From NCBI GenBank assembly GCA_963724265.1, contig CAVRTU010000005.1, positions 280,800-344,799 of the forward strand: a stretch of DNA of 64,000 nucleotides, written 5' to 3'. The position numbers and the translations under genes are program-made. The notes under the pieces were generated by a model. The model did not search any database. It had not been told where the DNA came from and was given only the letters and a program-made list of their open reading frames with translations. Below are positions 30,317-42,714 of the stretch, one piece after another; the stretch's first letter is position 1; each line of letters opens with the position of its first letter. Source of the DNA: an uncultured Gemmatimonadales bacterium. GTDB lineage: Bacteria > Gemmatimonadota > Gemmatimonadetes > Gemmatimonadales > GWC2-71-9.

Positions 30317-31398
30317 ATGGATCTCTTCGCATCGCTGGCAACGCTGGGCCACGAACAGGTCGTCTTCTGCCACGACGCCTCCTGCGGCTATCGGGCATCA
30401 TCGCCATTCACGACACCACGCTGGGGCCGGCGCTCGGCGGCACCCGGTTCTGGAACTACGCCAGCACCGAGGAGGCCATCATCGACGCCCTCCGCCTGGC
30501 GCGCGGGATGACCTACAAGGCCGCGGTCGCCGGGCTCAACCTCGGCGGCGGCAAGGCGGTCATCATCGGCGACAACAAGCGGGTGGACCGCGAGGCGCTC
30601 TTCCGGGCCCACGGCCGCTTCGTCGAGACGCTGGGCGGTCGCTACATCACCGCCGAGGACGTGGGCACTTCGCCGGCCGACATGGAGCTGGTCCGGATGG
30701 AGACCGACCACGTCTCCGGCCTGCACGGCCTGTCGGGCGATCCCTCGCCGGTGACCGCCTACGGGGTCTACGTCGGGATGAAGGCCACCGCCAAGGTGCG
30801 CTGGGGCTCCGACTCGCCTGGCGGGCAAGACCGATCCTGGTGCAGGGCTGCGGCAACGTGGCCCGCTCGCTCTGCGAGCAGCTGCACGAGGAAGGGGCCA
30901 AGCTGGTCGTCACCGACATCGACCAGGCCAAGGTGAAGACGGTGGTGGAGGCGACGGGGGCCAAGGCGGTGGCTCCCGAGGCGATCTACGACCAGCCCGG
31001 CGACATCTACTCGCCCAATGCGCTCGGCGCCACGCTCAACGACGACACCCTCAAGCGGCTCAAGGTCGAGGTGATCGCCGGCGGCGCCAACAACCAGCTG
31101 GCCGAGGAGCGGCACGGCGACGAGCTGGAGAAGCAGGGCCTGATCTACGCCCCCGACTACGTGATCAACGGCGGCGGCGTGATCAACGTCTACGGCGAGC
31201 TGCAGGGCTGGGACCATGGACCGGGCCAAGCGCAAGGCGGGGCACATCTACGACACGCTGCTCCAGGTCTTCGCCATCGCCAAGCGCGACGGGATCCCCA
31301 GCTACCGCGCCGCCGACCGGATGGCGGAGCAGCGGATCGCGGCGGTCGCCGGGCTGGAAGCTCTAGGGATGAGGGGAGATTGCTTCGTCGGCCCCTAA
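30317..31398 (+). CDS. Leu/Val/Phe dehydrogenase (Glu/Leu/Phe/Val dehydrogenase family); 3 frame breaks
   Basis: [20 protein letters not shown]..., [20 protein letters not shown]...[45 protein letters not shown]. Frame changes lie near 30395, 30820 and 31215. The stop TAA lies inside conserved motif copy 3. Confidence 0.85.
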
Positions 31399-31416
31399 AG
31401 GACTCCTGTCAGTCGC
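31390..31416 (+). repeat. Conserved motif copy 3 (GGCCCCTAAAGGACTCCTGTCAGTCGC)
   Basis: Contains the TAA (31396-31398) that terminates the dehydrogenase ORF. Confidence 0.7.
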
Positions 31417-31512
31417 CTGCCGAGGCCTTCCTTCAGCTGCGCTCAGGACAGGCACTCGCAATGCCGATGGCTGGTTATGATTATGAGTGGCCCTGCATGA
31501 AATACGCTCGCG

Positions 31513-31964
31513 ATGACTGAACAGATTCCCGTCGGCGCGGACCACGCCGGCTTCGCGCTCAAGCAGCGGCTGATCGCCGAGCTCGAGGCCCGCGGGCTCA
31601 CGCCGCTCGACCTGGGCACCCATTCGACCGCATCCACCGACTATCCGGACTACGCCCACCCGGTGGCCGAGCGGGTGGAGACCGGCGCAGCTCGCGGCGG
31701 GGCATCCTGCTCTGCGGCACCGGGCTCGGGATGGCCTACGCCGCCAACCGGCACCACGGTGTGCGGGCCGCGGTGGCCTGGAACCCGGAGGTGGCGCAGC
31801 TCTCGCGCCAGCACAACGACGCCAACATCCTGGTCCTTCCGGCGCGGTTCGTGTCGGAGGCCGAGGGACTCGAGATTCTCAGGGCCTGGCTGGACACGCC
31901 ATTCGAGGGCGGCCGGCACGCGCCCCGGATCGCCAAGATCGAAATCGAAGAGGAGAAGAAATGA
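31513..31964 (+). CDS. rpiB: Ribose-5-phosphate isomerase B; one frame break
   Basis: [28 protein letters not shown]...[13 protein letters not shown], then ...[28 protein letters not shown]...[12 protein letters not shown] (31731..31964 frame). The frame change is near 31700. Confidence 0.88.
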
Positions 31965-33222
31965 CGCTCGACCACAACGCCTCGCTCCGGAAGGCCGACC
32001 CCGCCGTCGCCGCGCTGATCGACCAGGAACTGTGGCGCCAGCAGCACGGCCTCGAGCTGATCGCCAGCGAGAATTTCGCCAGCCGGGCGGTGATCGACGC
32101 GATGGGCACGCCGCTGACCAACAAGTACGCCGAGGGGTACCCGGGCAAGCGGTACTACGGCGGCTGCGAGGTGGTGGACAAGGTGGAGCAGCTGGCCATC
32201 GACCGCCTCAAGCAGCTGTTCGGCGCCGACCACGCCAACGTGCAGCCCCACTCCGGGGCGCAGGCGAACTTCGCGGCCTTCATGGCGCTCATCAAGCCGG
32301 GCGAGCCGCTCCTCGGCATGTCGCTGGCGCACGGCGGCCACCTCTCGCACGGCGCCGCGGTCAATCACAGCGGCACGATCTGGCAGGCGATGCACTACGG
32401 CGTGGATCCGGCCACCGGCCGGATCGACTACGACAAGGTCCGCGACCAGGCCCGCCTGGACCGTCCCCGCCTGATCGTGGCCGGGCGGGAGCGCCTACGC
32501 CCGCATCATCGACTTCGCCGCCTTCCGCTCGATCGCCGATGAAGTCGGCGCCTATCTGCTGGTGGACATGGCGCACTTCGCGGGGCTGGTGGCGGGCGGG
32601 ATCTATCCCTCGCCGGTGCCCCACGCGCAGGTCGTCACCAGCACGACGCACAAGACGCTGCGGGGTCCGCGGGCCGGGCTGATCCTCTCCACGGCCGAAT
32701 TCGCCACGGCGATCGACAAGTCGGTCTTCCCGGGTACCCAGGGCGGGCCGCTGGAGCACGTCATCGCGGCCAAGGCGGTCGCCTTCGGCGAGGCGCTGAC
32801 GCCCGACTTCAAGCGCTACGCCAGGCAGGTGGTGGCCAACGCCAAGACGCTGGCCGATGCGCCTGGTCGAGCGCGGCTTCGCCATCGTCTCGGGCGGCAC
32901 CGACACCCACCTCATGCTGGTGGATCTGCGGCCCAAGAACATGACGGGCAAGGCGGCGGAGGAGCTGCTGGGCCGGGCCGGCATCACCGTCAACAAGAAC
33001 ACCATCCCCGACGATCCCCAGACGCCGTTCGTCACCAGCGGGATCCGGCTGGGCACGCCGGCGCTGACCACCCGCGGCATGGGCGTCGCCGAAATGCGGA
33101 AGATCGCCGACCTGATCGACCGGGTGCTGACCCGCCCCGACGACGCCACCATCGCGGCGGTGCGCGGCGAGGTCCGCGAGCTGGCCGACGCCTATCCGCT
33201 CTACCAGGCGCGCAAAGCTTGA
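31961..33222 (+). CDS. glyA: Serine hydroxymethyltransferase; 2 frame breaks
   Basis: [63 protein letters not shown] (PLP-Lys), [29 protein letters not shown] overlap with rpiB. Frame changes lie near 32485 and 32860. Confidence 0.93.
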
Positions 33223-33283
33223 CCACCCGACTGAGGCGGCCTAGCTTCGCTGACATGACCTTCAAGCGGCGCCGCCCCGGCGG

Positions 33284-33670
33284 ATGAACGAGCTTCATTT
33301 TTCGGAAGCGGTACTGGCCCGCCTCCGTGGCTCCCAAGGGGAGTACCACGAGCGGGCCTATCTCTTTGTGCTCGCCACGATCGAGTTCCTGCAGACCCGG
33401 CTCGAGGTGCGCCGCCACGTGACGGGCGGGGAACTCGCCTGGGGGTGCCGGGACTTTGCGGTGGAGCGATTCGGACGCCTGGCCCAGCCGGTCCTCGCCT
33501 ACTGGGGGATCCGGCGGACCGACGACATCGGGCGCATCGTCTTCTCGCTGGTCGAAGTCGGCCTGCTCGCTGCGCTGCCGACCGATCGCGAGGCGGACTT
33601 CGCCGGGGTCTACGATTTCGACGAGGCCTTCAACGCGCCCTACGCCTGGGAAGGCGTGGCGCGGGACTGA
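33284..33670 (+). CDS. Conserved hypothetical protein (resembles the Minf_1886-type family)
   Basis: 128-aa intact [56 protein letters not shown] pattern recalled from that family. Not verified by search. Confidence 0.45.
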   Translation: MNELHFSEAVLARLRGSQGEYHERAYLFVLATIEFLQTRLEVRRHVTGGELAWGCRDFAVERFGRLAQPVLAYWGIRRTDDIGRIVFSLVEVGLLAALPTDREADFAGVYDFDEAFNAPYAWEGVARD

Positions 33671-33689
33671 CGGGAGGGAGGGGAGAGCC

Positions 33690-33884
33690 ATGGAAACGAG
33701 GGATTGGCCGGCCTGCCGCAAGTGCGGGCAAGGGATGCTGATACCGCTGTCCGACTACGGCCGCGAAGGCGCGCCGATCACTTACAAGGCGTGGGTCTGC
33801 ACCAATCCCGAGTGCGGCTTCAACCTCCGCATCGACAACGGCGAGATCTCGATCGGCCGCACTATCGGACCGAGCTTCAAATAG
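33690..33884 (+). CDS. Small zinc-ribbon protein (64 aa)
   Basis: Internal ATG of ORF 33456..33884: METRDWPACRKCGQGMLIPL...YKAWVCTNPECGFNLRI (CxxC...CxxxC). GGGAGGGAGGGGAG lies upstream. Confidence 0.5.
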   Translation: METRDWPACRKCGQGMLIPLSDYGREGAPITYKAWVCTNPECGFNLRIDNGEISIGRTIGPSFK

Positions 33885-33949
33885 GGAGCGGGGAGCGGGG
33901 AGCAGGGAGCAGGAATGTCTTCCTGCTCCCCGCTCCCTGCTCCCCGCTC
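33884..33949. repeat. Hairpin of GGGAGC(G/A)G tandem words
   Basis: gggagcggggagcggggagcagggagcagg / aatgtctt / cctgctccccgctccctgctccccgctc. Confidence 0.75.
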
Positions 33950-33956
33950 ACTTTCA

Positions 33957-35512
33957 ATGCCCATCCCCATCCTCTCCCCCGAACAGTCCGCCGCATGGGA
34001 TCGCCGCGCCGAGGCGGAGGGAATCGCCTTGTCGCTGCTCATGGAGACGGCAGGCCGGGCAGCAGCCGGGGTGCTGGCCGAGAGGTTCCCCTTCCGCCTC
34101 GGCGCGGGAGTGCTGGTCGCGGCGGGTCCCGGGAACAACGGCGGTGACGGCTGGGTGACGGCCCGGGTGCTCCATCGCCATGGCGTTCCGGTCTGGGTGA
34201 CCGGGCCGGCCGGTGACCAGTCGCCGCTCTGCCGGGAGATGGCCGAGCGGGCGCGGAAGGAAGGGGTGCGCGAGGTGGCGGGCGATGGACCGTGGCCCAA
34301 CGTCGGACTGGTCGTTGATGCGCTGCTGGGCACCGGGGCCAAGGGTGCTCCGCGGCCGCCGGTCCAGGCGCTGGTAGACCGGATCGCCGACCTCGAGGTC
34401 CCGGTGCTGGCGATGGACGGCCCCACCGGGCTCGACCTCGCCACCGGCGCCTCGCACTCCGCCGTCGCCCCCGCCGCCGTGACCGTCACCTTTGGCGGGC
34501 TGCGTCGCGGCCACCTCCTGGCCCGGGACGAGGTCGGCGACGTCGTCGTGGTCGACATCGGCCACCCCGCGATGGATCCCGCCTGGCCCCTCCTGGTCAC
34601 CGATGAATTCGCCAGCCTGCGCCTGCCGCCGTTCGAGGCCCGGGCCCACAAGGGCGTCCGCGGACGGGTGGTCGTGATCGGCGGCGATGCCGGGATGTCC
34701 GGCGCACTGCGGCTCGCCTCACGCGCCGCCTTCGCCGCCGGCGCCGGGCTGGTCCACGCGGTCGCCCCCGAGGCAACCATCTCGGCTCTGCTGACGGCGG
34801 AGCCCGACCTGCAGACGCTGGCTCATCCGCTCGAGCGGCCGCTGGATCCGCGGCTGCTCGGGCTGCTCGAGCGATGCGACGCAGTCGTGATCGGCCCCGG
34901 GCTGGGCCGCGCCGCCGGCGCGCCGGGCGTTCGTCGAGGCGGTGCTGGCCGCGCGCACCCCGCGCGGTGGTGGACGCCGACGCCCTGATGGCTTTTGCGG
35001 GTGGAGCGGAGGGACTGGCGGCCGCGGCGGGGCGCATTCCCCTGGTCCTCACCCCGCACGCCGGCGAGTTCCGCGCGCTCTTCCCGGCTCACTCCGACGG
35101 AATGGAACTGGATCCGTGGATGGCAGCCGCGGCGGCGGCCCAGGGCGCCGGTGCGACCGTGCTGCTCAAGGGCGTCCCCACGGTCATCGCCCGGCCGTCG
35201 CGGGTGCCGCTCTGCGTGGCCTCGGGCAATCCCGGCCTCGCCACCGGCGGCAGCGGCGACCTGCTCTCCGGTTTCGTCGGCGCGCTGCTGGGGCAGGGGC
35301 ACGAACCCGAGATCGCGGCGGCGCTCGGGGCCCAGATCCTGGGGCGGGCCGCCGACCTGGGTGCCCGGCGCCATACCGCGCGCGGCCTGCGCCCGATGGA
35401 CGTGCTGGCGGCCCTCCCCGACCTGTGGCGAGCGTGGGAATCGTGGCGCACCGCGAGACCTTCTCCAAGGCCACCCGTCCTTCTCGAGCTGCTGCGCCCC
35501 TCGACGACCTGA
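33957..35512 (+). CDS. nnr: Bifunctional NAD(P)H-hydrate repair enzyme (epimerase + ADP-dependent dehydratase); 2 frame breaks
   Basis: MPIPILSPEQSAAWDRRAEAEGIALSLLMETAG...AGPGNNGGDG (YjeF-N), KGVRGRVVVIGGDAGMSGALRLA..., then the 34874 frame ...LTPHAGEFRAL...GNPGLATGGSGDLLSG. Frame changes lie near 34925-34965. Confidence 0.85.
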
Positions 35513-35513
35513 C

Positions 35514-37092
35514 ATGACCCCCCGCCCGATACTGCTCGCCGCCGGCCTCCTCGCCGCCGGGGGGCTCCCGGTCACCGCGCAGGGCAGGAACTGGTCGCTG
35601 GCGGACCGCACCATCGTCAGCGATGGGGCGATCGTGACGGCGGTGGCCGCGGCGAGTCGACCGGGTCTTCGCCTGCGGACCAGGCGGCCTCCTGCTCTAT
35701 GACCCGATGGCGCGCGTTTGGAGCGGACCGTACTTCCCACCGGTCCCGGGAATGCTGGCCCAGGTCAGCTCGGCGATGATCGACCCGATAGACGGCTCGC
35801 TCTGGCTGGCCGCCGGCTCCGACTGGCTCCACTACCTGCCGGTGATTGACTCGTGGGAGCAGGGATCGCTGGCCGGCACCATTGGCACCCTCGCCTTCGA
35901 CGCCGACGTATCAGCCAGCGGCGTCTACTTCCGCGTCGGCGCCCGCTGGTATCTCATGCCGAGAGGCTCGAATCTTCCCGCACCGGCACCCGCACCGGCG
36001 CGAATGCTCCGACCCGCCACCGTCGAAGAGGCGTTGCGGGACAATCCAGGTCTGGCGCTGATCGGCAACTCATTGCTCCTCGATGGGCGCCGTCAGCCCG
36101 CGCGCCTGCTGTCGGTCGCTCGTGATCCCGGGGGGCGGGGCTGGTGGCTGGCCACCGACGGCGTGGGCCTGCTCTTTCTCCCCTTCGGGGCCACGACGCC
36201 CGATCGAATGATGTTCGGCCTTCCCTCGCGTTCGGTCGAGGCGGTGTACTCCGCGCCCGGCGGGGTCTGGGCCGCGACCGACGTGCTGGGCGGCACTCCC
36301 GCCGCAGTGACCTTCCTGCCCGGCAGTCTGGCTGGAGCCCGCTGGAACTTCGGCCCCCCCGCGACCGGATTGCCCTTCACCCGGGTGGCGCGGATCACGG
36401 CGATGGAACAGGACCTCTGGCTTGCTACCGATGGCGGATTGATCCGGATGCCGATCAACGGCGACCGGATCGAACGCTTCGACGAGGGACGGGGCCTTCC
36501 CGACTCGCGGGTCTATGCCGTGCTGGCCCGGCAGGGGCGGGTCGTGGCGGGCACCGCGCGCGGCCTGGCCGAGATCGGCGATTCGGGCCGGATGAAGCGG
36601 ATCGCCCCCTCCTTCGGCGATCCGGTCAACGCGCTCGAAATGAACCGGGATACGCTCTGGGTCGGCACCAGGCTGGGTCTCTTCGCGGTCCGGCAGGGCG
36701 GGCTCGACCTGCAGCTGCCGGCGGCGCTCGACCAGGGGCCGGCCTTCCGGGCCCCCGTGCTGGCGATCGCGTGGCTGGGCGACACCCTGGTGGCGCTCAA
36801 TGTGGATCGCCTGCTGTACCGGGTGCCGGCCACCGGCACGTGGACCCTTGGTCCAACAATTTCCACCGAGCTCGGTTCGCTCCGCACCATGGTCGTGTAC
36901 GCCGATGGCCTCTTCGTCGCGGGCGATCGCGGTGTCGGCTTTGTGCGGGTCAATACCTCTCCCTCCCGGGTGATTCTCGTGCCGGACGATCTTCCCTCAG
37001 CTCCGCGAGACCTTGCCGTCGACAATGACTACCTCTGGGTCGCTACCGCGAGCGGCCTGGTGCGGTGGAACGTGTCCGTGGTGGGACCATGA
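35514..37092 (+). CDS. Secreted beta-propeller protein with two-component-regulator-propeller-like repeats; one frame break
   Basis: Signal peptide MTPRPILLAAGLLAAGGLPVTAQG, then 35707..37092 with repeated W(L/V)(A/G)T..GL motifs (LWLATDGGLIRM, LWVGTRLGLFAV, LWVATASGLVRW). The frame change is near 35690. Confidence 0.6.
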
Positions 37093-38066
37093 CCCATCAG
37101 CTGCTCGGGCCCGGCGCCGAGTTCGACCGGATCCGCAAGATCGCGGAAATCCTCGGCGGAAACGCCCAGGGGCTGGGTGACGACTGCGCCCTGCTCGAGG
37201 TCGGCGGCGAGACTCTCGCCATCAGCACCGACGTGTCCGTCGAAGGCATTCACTTCCGGCGCGACTGGCTCTCCCTGGAGGAGATCGGCTGGCGTGCTGC
37301 CGCGGGCGCCCTCTCCGACCTGGCCGCGGAAGGGGCCGATGCCCCGTCGGTGGTGGCGGCGCTCTCCCTGCCGCCCAGCGTGGATGCCGAGGCGGTGACC
37401 CAGTTGATGAAGGGTGTCGGCGAGGCGACCGCCGCGGCCGGGGGCCACGTGCTGGGGGGCGACCTCTCCTCCAGTGGCGAGCTCGCGCTCTGCATCACGG
37501 TGATCGGGCACGTGGCCCACCCGGTGCGCCGGGTCGGTGCCAGGCCGGGCGACGGCATCTGGGTGACGGGATCGCTGGGGCTGGCCCGGGCCGCACTGGC
37601 CACCTGGCTCCGGGGGGAGGTGCCCCAGCCCGCCACCCGCGCCGCTTTCGCCCGCCCGGAGCCGCGGATCAGGGTGGGCCGATGGCTGGCGGGACATGAG
37701 GCGCACGCCATGATCGACATCAGCGATGGACTCGCCGGCGATGCCCGCCACCTGGCGGCCGCCAGCGGTGTGCGGCTGGAGATCGCGCTGGACAAACTCC
37801 CCGTTCCTCCCGAGGTCGATGCCGCTGCCAAGGCGGAGGGGAAGACCCCCGTCGTCTTCGGGGCGCTGGGCGGCGAGGACTACGAGCTGCTGGTGGCGCT
37901 GCCACGGGATTTCGGGGAGAAAGAGGCGAGGGAGTGCCAGCGGGCCACCCGCGTGCCCCTGACCCGGATCGGCGAGGTGGTGCAGCGAACCGAGGGGGGC
38001 GGCTCGGTCATCTTCTGGCTCAACGGTGAGCCTGTGTCGCTCAGTGGGTTCGATCATTTCCGATGA
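37089..38066 (+). CDS. thiL: Thiamine-monophosphate kinase
   Basis: MTHQLLGPGAEFDRIRKI...GDDCALLEVGGETLAISTDVSVEGIHF...AAGALSDLAAEGA...DISDGLAGD. ATGA overlap with the previous stop. Confidence 0.85.
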   Translation: MTHQLLGPGAEFDRIRKIAEILGGNAQGLGDDCALLEVGGETLAISTDVSVEGIHFRRDWLSLEEIGWRAAAGALSDLAAEGADAPSVVAALSLPPSVDAEAVTQLMKGVGEATAAAGGHVLGGDLSSSGELALCITVIGHVAHPVRRVGARPGDGIWVTGSLGLARAALATWLRGEVPQPATRAAFARPEPRIRVGRWLAGHEAHAMIDISDGLAGDARHLAAASGVRLEIALDKLPVPPEVDAAAKAEGKTPVVFGALGGEDYELLVALPRDFGEKEARECQRATRVPLTRIGEVVQRTEGGGSVIFWLNGEPVSLSGFDHFR

Positions 38067-38761
38067 TCGGTGCGTTCCGGTACTGCCTGAGCGTCTTCTG
38101 GTTCACCCTCTACCATGCACTCCGGGTCATCGTCGCCGGGTATCGCGGCATCCCCGATGAGCCGGGCGGCATCTACGATCGGGTGCCCCGCGAGTGGGCC
38201 GAGGACCTGGTCCGTGTCAACCGGATGGGGGTGGAGACCGTCGGGCTCGAGCACCTCCAGCCGGGCCAGTCGTACGTTTTCGCCTCCAACCACCTCTCGT
38301 GGGTGGACATCTGGGTCCTGCTGGTGGCCATTCCGGTGCGGCTCCGCTTCGTGGCCAAGCGGGGCCTTTCGTTCGTTCCCTTTCTCGGGCCGGCGCTCCG
38401 CACGGCGCACCACATATTCATCGATCGCCACCATATCAGCCGAGCGATGGCCGCCTACGATGCGGCCGCGCAAATCATGCGGACGGGAATCTCGGCGGTG
38501 GTCTTCGTGGAGGGAACCCGGAGCCGGGACGGCCGGCTTCGCGCGTTCAAGAAGGGCCCGTTCGTCATGGCCATCGCGGCCGGGGCACCGGTCGTGCCGG
38601 TCCGGATCAGCGGCACCTTCGAGATCCTGCCGCGCAGCAGTGTGGTGCTCAAGCCCGGCACGGCGTGGATCGCGTTCGGGCCCCCGATTCCGACCGCCGG
38701 GCTGACCTACGAGGACCGTGAGGCCCTGATGCTCCGATGCCGGGCGGCGATTGAACAACTC

Positions 38762-40476
<1,715 letters not shown>

Positions 40477-40613
40477 AGGACTCCCTTCGGTCGCGGTGAT
40501 TCCGGCTTGAGTTCGGGTTCCCATTTCGATAGGATTGTGGCCCCCGAAGAGGGCCCCCGGCCGTGTCAGGGAACCACTGCTCCCTGCTCACTGCTCCCCG
40601 CTCCCTTCGGTTC

Positions 40614-40687
40614 GGCAGGGTAGCTCAGGTGGTTAGAGCACGGCACTCATAATGCCGGGGTCGTGGGTTCGAGTCCCACCCCTGCTA
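40614..40687 (+). tRNA. tRNA-Met (anticodon CAT; elongator vs Ile2-lysidine type not distinguishable here)
   Basis: GGCAGGG TA GCTC AGGTGGTTA GAGC A CGGCA CTCATAA TGCCG GGGTC GTGGG TTCGAGT CCCAC CCCTGCT A. Cloverleaf is regular apart from a G1-U72 pair. Confidence 0.85.
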
Positions 40688-40800
40688 TGTCCGCAGATTC
40701 CGCAGATTCCACAGATTGCTCCTGCCTCATCGCTCATCTGCGGCATCTGCCGATCCGAGTCCCACCCCGGTCATGTCCCCGCAAAGGGGCCGTTGCTCTA
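40646..40800 (+). repeat. Direct repeat copy A (3' half of tRNA-Met + CCGCAGATT-word hairpin + second tRNA-3'-end-like remnant)
   Basis: 40675-40749 is 74/75 identical to 42490-42564. GAGTCCCACCCCGGTCA at ~40757 echoes the tRNA 3' end. Confidence 0.8.
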
Positions 40801-41049
40801 GGCTTGGGCCTTCTGCTCGAGTACCACGCCGGGGTGTCGTCCAAAGCCTGCCAAGCCTGCGGATCTGCGGGGCGCTTTCGATCTAATGCCTGGCCTTCCC
40901 CGGAGTAGCCTGGCTGGGCCGAGTTTCACGGCCGGTTCATCCTTTCTGTACTGCCTGACTTGCACCATAGAGCCCTTGGAGTGCATATAGTTCGCCATGC
41001 AAGTGGGGGTTGAGAAAGTCAGCTCACCAACCAGGAAGAGGACCCAACC

Positions 41050-41595
41050 ATGAGCCAGATTGCCGAGCAAGCCGGGAAAAGCGGTTCGAGAATGCGCCTG
41101 CTGGGAGGACTCACCATCGTCCTCGGCCTCCTGGCCCTGCTGACCCCGATGCTCACCGGATATTCCATCATCCTCCTGATCGGGGGCCTGGTGGCTGTCG
41201 CAGGGGGGATGCGGATGTTCTGGGCCTTCAATGCGGGCAGCCTCGGCCGAGGGCTGCTTGTCTTCGCGGTGGGCGGCCTGACGCTGCTCTGCGGCCTCGC
41301 ACTCCTCGCCAACCCACTCTTCGCCTCGAGTCTGGTGACGCTGCTGATGACGATCTACTTCATCGCCGACGGCGCGGCGGAAGTCGTCGCCGGCCTGGGC
41401 CGGCGGCCGGAGTCAGGCTGGGGCTGGCTACTCTTCGGCGGCGTAATCTCCATCGCCTTCGGGATCATGCTCTGGCGGCAGGCACCCCTCGCCGGGCCCT
41501 GGGCCCTGGGACTGTTCTTCGGCATTAAGCTGATCTTCGCTGGCATCATGATGCTGACCATCGGGAGCGCTGTGAAGGCGGTTGCCAGGGGGTAG
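41050..41595 (+). CDS. HdeD-family (DUF308) membrane protein
   Basis: 181 aa with six hydrophobic helices. LGGLTIVLGLLALLTP...LLIGGLVAVAGGMRMFWAF...IADGAAEVVAG is the typical DUF308 repeat. Confidence 0.75.
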   Translation: MSQIAEQAGKSGSRMRLLGGLTIVLGLLALLTPMLTGYSIILLIGGLVAVAGGMRMFWAFNAGSLGRGLLVFAVGGLTLLCGLALLANPLFASSLVTLLMTIYFIADGAAEVVAGLGRRPESGWGWLLFGGVISIAFGIMLWRQAPLAGPWALGLFFGIKLIFAGIMMLTIGSAVKAVARG

Positions 41596-41668
41596 GGGCG
41601 GGTGGGTCAATGGACGGTGCCTCACCTTGGGCTCCAGGACATTGTCGGTGATCCTCATGATGGTGCCC

Positions 41669-42001
41669 TCATTGTTCGCTCTCCCTCAAGGCCGCGGTCA
41701 ACGCCTGCACCGCGACCGCGGCCACCAGGGCGGTCACAAGCACCCCGCATACCCCGATCAGGATGGCGAGCAGGCGGGCGATCAGGGTCACTGGTGCCAG
41801 GTCGCCGTAGCCAATAGTAAGGCCGGAAACGAAGGCGAAGTAGATCGAGTCCTGGAGGCTCCAGCCTTCAGCCAGCCCGGCCAGCAGGCCAAGCACGACA
41901 ACGGTCGTCAGCAGACCCGACAGAACCGGCCAGACTACCCCCAGTCCGTTGACCAGTCCACGATTGAACGCCTGCCTCAGCTTGCGTGAATTCATATGCA
42001 C
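41669..42001 (-). CDS. Small 2-TM potassium channel (KcsA-like pore-only)
   Basis: 110 aa with the selectivity filter TIGYGD (FVSGLTIGYGDLAP) between two TM helices. Confidence 0.8.
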   Translation of the reverse strand: MHMNSRKLRQAFNRGLVNGLGVVWPVLSGLLTTVVVLGLLAGLAEGWSLQDSIYFAFVSGLTIGYGDLAPVTLIARLLAILIGVCGVLVTALVAAVAVQALTAALRESEQ

Positions 42002-42029
42002 CTCTCGATCGACTCCGGGCGACGTTCGA

Positions 42030-42180
42030 TATCACGGGCCATCACCGATACGCCCCGGCAGACTCCGCGACGGCCAATGTGCCGGGGCGGTCGCGTGCCG
42101 GCGTTCTCGATTGTAATACCACAACCAGAGAAAGCGCTCTTCGATGAAAGCTGACTGATGCCGGACATCAGACGGATGAA
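42030..42180 (-). mobile_element. Relic of an rve-type integrase/transposase C-terminus
   Basis: Minus-strand frame of ORF 42032..42376 reads ...AFIEERFLWLWYYNRERRHATAP..., matching the conserved ...f..WYN..RpHs.Lg tail of DDE (rve) enzymes. The rest of the ORF is featureless. No intact catalytic domain. Confidence 0.4.
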
Positions 42181-42382
42181 TTGACTCATCGGGGCAAGGA
42201 CTGCCTTGTCTAGGTCCCCACTCGCGCGGTCGTTCGGGACGCACGCCTACGTGCGCTGTGCTCGCGAGTGGAGCCTCACGGCTGCGGTGCAGCCTTGCCC
42301 CCTGGGCCGTGCCGACTAGTAAGAGACTGCGCCCCGGCACTCGGCGCGGTCGAGACTGAACCACAGGCTGAACCAAAATCAG

Positions 42383-42503
42383 TCGAGCTCAGTGGAGTTC
42401 GGTAGAGCCGTGTGGAGCCGGGTGAGAAGGGGGAGCAACGCTCCCTGCGGGAGTCCGGCCCTCATGATGCCAGGGTCGTGGCTTCGAATCCCACCCCTGC
42501 TAT
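42383..42503 (+). pseudogene. Degenerate tRNA-Met-like copy
   Basis: D-arm-like GAGCTCAGTGGAGTTCGGTAGAGC, a ~50-nt insert, then CTCATGA anticodon-loop-like and GTGGCTTCGAATCCCACCCCTGCTA. The anticodon stem and the last T-stem pair are broken, and no complementary 5' acceptor strand is present. Confidence 0.5.
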
Positions 42504-42625
42504 GTCCGCAGATTCCGCAGATTCCACAGATTGCTTCTGCCTCATCGCTCATCTGCGGCATCTGTGATATCTGCGGATCAGAGCCCCACCCCTGCTGTGC
42601 CCCCGACAAGGGGGCATTCTATTTG
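42461..42625 (+). repeat. Direct repeat copy B (see 40646-40800)
   Basis: The same tRNA-3'-half + CCGCAGATT hairpin + second remnant (GAGCCCCACCCCTGCTG at ~42581). Confidence 0.8.
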
Positions 42626-42714
42626 CTCGTCGGCTTCCCAGCATGACGATCCTTTCATTCGTCTGGTCGGACCTGGATTACTTTGTTTCAGGTGGCAATG
42701 TCGAGAGCGAGAAG

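Noticed and set aside
31399-31512. Riboswitch or leader candidates upstream of rpiB-glyA, purH, thiL, bioY and thrS (ZTP, THF, TPP, biotin-related, T-box).
   Set aside because: I could not recognise the conserved cores of these RNAs by eye. For example, I saw no GGGUCGUGACUGGCG...CCGCCUGGGC for ZTP and no CUGAGA...ACCUGA for TPP. Most of these genes are translationally coupled to upstream genes. An Rfam/Infernal scan would be needed to be definitive.
40688-40755. Tandem short repeats (CCGCAGATT x3, GGGAGCA arrays and similar) as possible CRISPR arrays.
   Set aside because: The units are only 6-9 nt and directly abut with no spacers. They are paired with their own reverse complement, and no cas genes are present.
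40798-41070. The 90-aa minus-strand ORF and other short ORFs inside the tRNA-Met islet as cargo genes.
   Set aside because: No motifs and no SD. The ORF overlaps the repeat remnants and the hdeD-like start, and its composition looks non-coding.
42383-42503. A second functional tRNA-Met, possibly intron-containing.
   Set aside because: The anticodon stem cannot pair and the T stem has a C-C mismatch. No 5' strand complementary to CCCTGCT is present. The ~50-nt insert is far too short for a group I intron. I treat it as a pseudo-tRNA or att-site remnant.
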